DNA of 64,000 nucleotides from an uncultured delta proteobacterium (GTDB lineage Bacteria; Desulfobacterota; Binatia; UBA9968): NCBI GenBank assembly GCA_963745835.1, contig CAVUZH010000024.1, positions 288,001 to 352,000 of the forward strand, read 5' to 3'. Shown piece by piece: positions 60,802 to 64,000 of this stretch (position 1 is its first letter; each line of letters starts with the position of its first letter). The notes under the pieces were generated by a model. It saw only the letters and a program-made list of their open reading frames with translations, ran no database searches and was not told where the DNA came from. The position numbers and the translations under genes were made by a program.

Positions 60802-61911
60802 TCAGTGCGTCGCTGCCGCTTTCATGCGAAACAGCTTCATGGCATTGCCGCCGAGAATTTTGTCTTTGTCTTTATCCGACAAACCGGCCATCGCTTTGAT
60901 CGGCGCGACTGTATTAGGCCAGGTCGAAATCGCATCGCCGTGATCGAAATCGCTGCCGATGATGATGTTGTGATCGGGCCAGATCTCGACAATCTTCGGC
61001 AGATAATCTTCCCACGAAATCGCCGCGACATAGAGCTGCTCGAAATAAGCGCTTGGTTCTTTCTTCAACCGATCTCTGCCTTTGAAAAAATCATTGACCG
61101 AAGTCGTTCCCGGAGATTCCGCCAGAGTGTGATGGTTTAGCGTCTTCATCAGCCACGGCACCCAGCCGATGCCGCCTTCAAAGAAGGCGAAGCGCAAAGT
61201 CGGAAACCTATCCAGCACGCCGCTCATGATCAAACGCGCCGCGCTCACCATATAAGTCAGCGGGAAGCCGAGCGCGGTCGCGAGCATCTTGAAACCATCA
61301 TAGCGGTCGCTGCCGACCAGCCATGGGTGGCAGTCCTGGGCTTCGAAGATGCGCGTTCCTGGATGCACGAGAATCGGCACATCCAGCTTGCAAACCTCTT
61401 CGTAGAACGGCCAGAGCACTTCGGCGTCGAGATCGCAGTCTTGGTGCCCGCCCATCAGTTTGACGCCTTTGAAGCCGAGTTCAGTCACCGAGCGTCGCAG
61501 CTCGCGAACCGCTTCATCGACATCTGGCAGATACACCCAGGAGATTGCGATCAACCGATCGCGACCGCCAATATCCTCGGCAACCGTATCGTTGTAGGCT
61601 CGCGCCATGGCGGTCCCTAAAGACGGCTCGACTTCATAGATGAGCGGTCGATTATCCGGAATGACAACTTGATAGTCGAAGCCTTCGCGTTTCATGACCT
61701 CGTAGCGGATGTCCAAATTCCAGCGCGTTTCACTGAAGGAATGAATTTTCTTGCCGTCGCGGTAGTACGTCGCTGCATCTCCGGGAAATTTCTCGCCGTA
61801 GCGGATCATTTCACCGGCGCCTTTTTTAATTTCTACGTGTCCCCGGCCGGGATGATCGACTCGATCGATAAAACGAACCGGCCAGTAATGAGTATCGCCG
61901 TCGATGTACAT
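60802..61911 (-). CDS. Amidohydrolase family (Amidohydro_2) protein
   Basis: IDGDTH, ARAYND, ILVHP, FEGGIGW and GSDFDH motifs. Confidence 0.9.
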   Translation of the reverse strand: MYIDGDTHYWPVRFIDRVDHPGRGHVEIKKGAGEMIRYGEKFPGDAATYYRDGKKIHSFSETRWNLDIRYEVMKREGFDYQVVIPDNRPLIYEVEPSLGTAMARAYNDTVAEDIGGRDRLIAISWVYLPDVDEAVRELRRSVTELGFKGVKLMGGHQDCDLDAEVLWPFYEEVCKLDVPILVHPGTRIFEAQDCHPWLVGSDRYDGFKMLATALGFPLTYMVSAARLIMSGVLDRFPTLRFAFFEGGIGWVPWLMKTLNHHTLAESPGTTSVNDFFKGRDRLKKEPSAYFEQLYVAAISWEDYLPKIVEIWPDHNIIIGSDFDHGDAISTWPNTVAPIKAMAGLSDKDKDKILGGNAMKLFRMKAAATH

Positions 61912-62068
61912 TTTCACCTCATCGAAACATTTTGATGGCTGCACTGCGGATCTTATTTGCAACAATAGGTGGGGTCAACCGATCCGACACTTTGCAGGAC
62001 AAAGTTGACGGTTACTCGCGGCAACAGTTAGATTGCCACTCACATCACCACACTGATCTCAATTCCCG

Positions 62069-63329
62069 GTGACAAAAGACATCGCAACACACGCCGCCAA
62101 CGATCCCGCTGCGCCAATCCGACCGTGGTCTGTCCCTCCTCATTCGGGACTATCGCCTGATCTTTATCGCGATTCTTTGCTCGAACACGTCAATGCACAT
62201 GCGCAACGTGGCCAGCTTGTATCAGGTTTACCAGTTGTCGGGATCTTCCGTGCAGCTTGGCATAGCCGGTTTTTTCCAAGCACTGCCGTTCATCTGTTTT
62301 GGTCTTTTCGGCGGCGTACTCGCCGACACGTACAACCGTAAAAAGCTGATCTTATTCACCGCCGGATTTAACTTGCTGCCCGGTTTGGCGCTTGGAGTAT
62401 TAACCGCCACGGGAGCCGTGCAGGTTTGGCATGTCAACGTGTTGAATGTCGTAACCTCATCCTTGCAAGTCCTCGGTGGTCCGGCGCGCCAGGCAATTTT
62501 TCCGAGCTTGGTGCCGCAAGCTTATCTTCTAAACGCGGTTACTATGGTGGTGTTAGTGATGCAGGGAACACAGCTAACTGCGCCGGTTTTTGCCGGGTTC
62601 CTTATCGATTTCTTCGGCGTGGCTGCTTCCTATATCGCCGATGCTTTATTGCTGGTACCGGCTATCTGTTGCGTTTTGCTGGTCCGCAGTTCAGGACAAC
62701 CCCAAGGCGCGCGCCGACAGGTGAGCTGGCGCAGCCTGATCGAGGGTTTTGAGTTTCTCTACCATACGCGCATTATCCTCTCGCTGTTTCTGTTGGATTT
62801 CTTCGCCGTGCTGTTCGGTTTTTACCGTCCGATACTGCCGATCTTCGCCGCCGACGTCTACAACGTCGGCGCACGCGGCCTGGGCGCGCTCTACGCCGCC
62901 CCAGCGATTGGAGCTCTCATCGGCTCCGGCATCCTACTCGCTGCCGGAGAGATCAAGCGTAAGGGAGCCCTGTCGATTGCCGCGACATTGCTCTTCGGGT
63001 TGAGCTTGGGATTCTTGGGAGTATCGAGATGGTTTTGGCTCGGTCTCGTCGCGGTCGGTATTTTGGGATTGGCCGATGCCATCAGCGTGACGGTACGCCG
63101 CACGGTTGTGCAGACTCTCGCGCCTGACGATATGCGCGGCCGTGCAACAGGCTTCTTAACGGTCTTTGCCCAAACCACCAATGCGCTTGGAGCAGTCATG
63201 GCGGGTGCAGGAGCCGCGCTGCTCGGCGCTCCAAACGCCGCCCTCGTCGGCTGCATACTGTGCACGTTAACGGTTTTGGCTGTTTGCTGGGCGATCCCCC
63301 AGCTGTGGTCGTATCGTTCGGGCCGTTGA
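62069..63329 (+). CDS. MFS transporter (EntS/MFS_3-like); frameshift near the 5' end
   Basis: GGVLADTYNRKK, PARQAIFPSLV and APDDMRGRA; about 12 TM segments. Confidence 0.85.
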
Positions 63330-63636
63330 GTGGAAACAGTTCAAAAGTTCAACCGTTCAAGGTTCAACGTGAAGAAATTCGATAGACGGGTCATCAGGTT
63401 TGTCGTTAAGGATCAACGTCGATGCTCCCGGTGGAGGGTAAGCTTAAAGGAGAAGTAAACCATCCCGCAGCAAGTTGACGGGTATCAAAACATGGCGGTG
63501 CGAATCTACCGAAAGGCATCACCCGAATGTTTTAATGGGGGTCTAGTTCCGGTCTCGCCTGGATTCCGATAGAAGCATTCGGGAATGACGGACTCTAAGA
63601 GGCCCGGGAATAACTCTTTACGCAGCAAGCCACGGG

Positions 63637-64000
63637 TTAACTTCTCGTCAACAAAACGACGGTTTCCACTTGCTCGGTTTGTGGGAACATATCGAGTGGC
63701 TGCAACCGGCGCACGCGGTAACGATGATCGACCAGTTTAGCGAGATCGCGCGCCAAGCTGGTTGGGTTGCACGACACGTAGATTAAATTAGAAGCGTTCA
63801 CCTCAAGGATCGCCTCCATGGCCGCTGGCTGAACCCCCTTACGCGGCGGATTGAGCACGACCAGATCAATTTCACCCAGCATTTTTTTGGTTTCGGCCAG
63901 CTTCCCTGCGACATCGGCCGGGAAGAAGCGGCAATTCGATATGCCGTTTCTGCGTGCATTCTGTTTCGCTGTATCAATCGAAACCGGGCTGTCATCGATT
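63637..64000 (-). CDS. rlmD: 23S rRNA m5U methyltransferase (RlmD/TrmA family), C-terminal part
   Basis: PPRKG, YVSCNPTSLARD and DMFPQTEQVE motifs. Confidence 0.85.
   Translation of the reverse strand, partial: IDDSPVSIDTAKQNARRNGISNCRFFPADVAGKLAETKKMLGEIDLVVLNPPRKGVQPAAMEAILEVNASNLIYVSCNPTSLARDLAKLVDHRYRVRRLQPLDMFPQTEQVETVVLLTRS

Noticed and set aside
1-64000. tRNA or rRNA genes
   Set aside because: None recognised by eye; a tRNAscan-SE/barrnap run would be needed to exclude them formally

Overview
Bacterial contig with moderately high GC. The many amidohydrolases, NMT1/TauA-type binding proteins and CoA-transferases resemble Deltaproteobacteria/Binatota (inference). Positions 1-33.8 kb and 60-64 kb are mostly ordinary metabolism: AcuI plus prpCDB, amidohydrolases, ABC binding proteins, a TPP enzyme, ackA, an MFS transporter and rlmD. 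Positions 33.8-38.8 kb form a cassette-like array (two TA modules, a CBM21-like gene and a papain/chagasin pair) separated by degenerate copies of the 3' end of the upstream hydrolase gene. The highlight is a co-directional minus-strand cluster of about 21 kb (38.8-59.8 kb). It begins with a sigma-54 activator and a near-consensus -24/-12 promoter, followed by a transglutaminase-like Cys protease, a protein with an amphipathic helix, a Tyr/Gly/Glu repeat protein, several jelly-roll/capsid-like proteins and an M15-like peptidase. It ends in a run of unrelated enzymes (HExxH peptidases, OmpA-like, SxxK hydrolase) that share a short N-terminal leader, M(A/V)Y...(G)L[GA][EQ]. No integrase, replication gene or packaging ATPase is visible. 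My inference is a domesticated, virus-capsid-derived protein-cargo compartment or delivery system; the capsid fold assignment needs structure-based confirmation. Many genes in the cluster carry single-base frameshifts, either assembly errors or decay.
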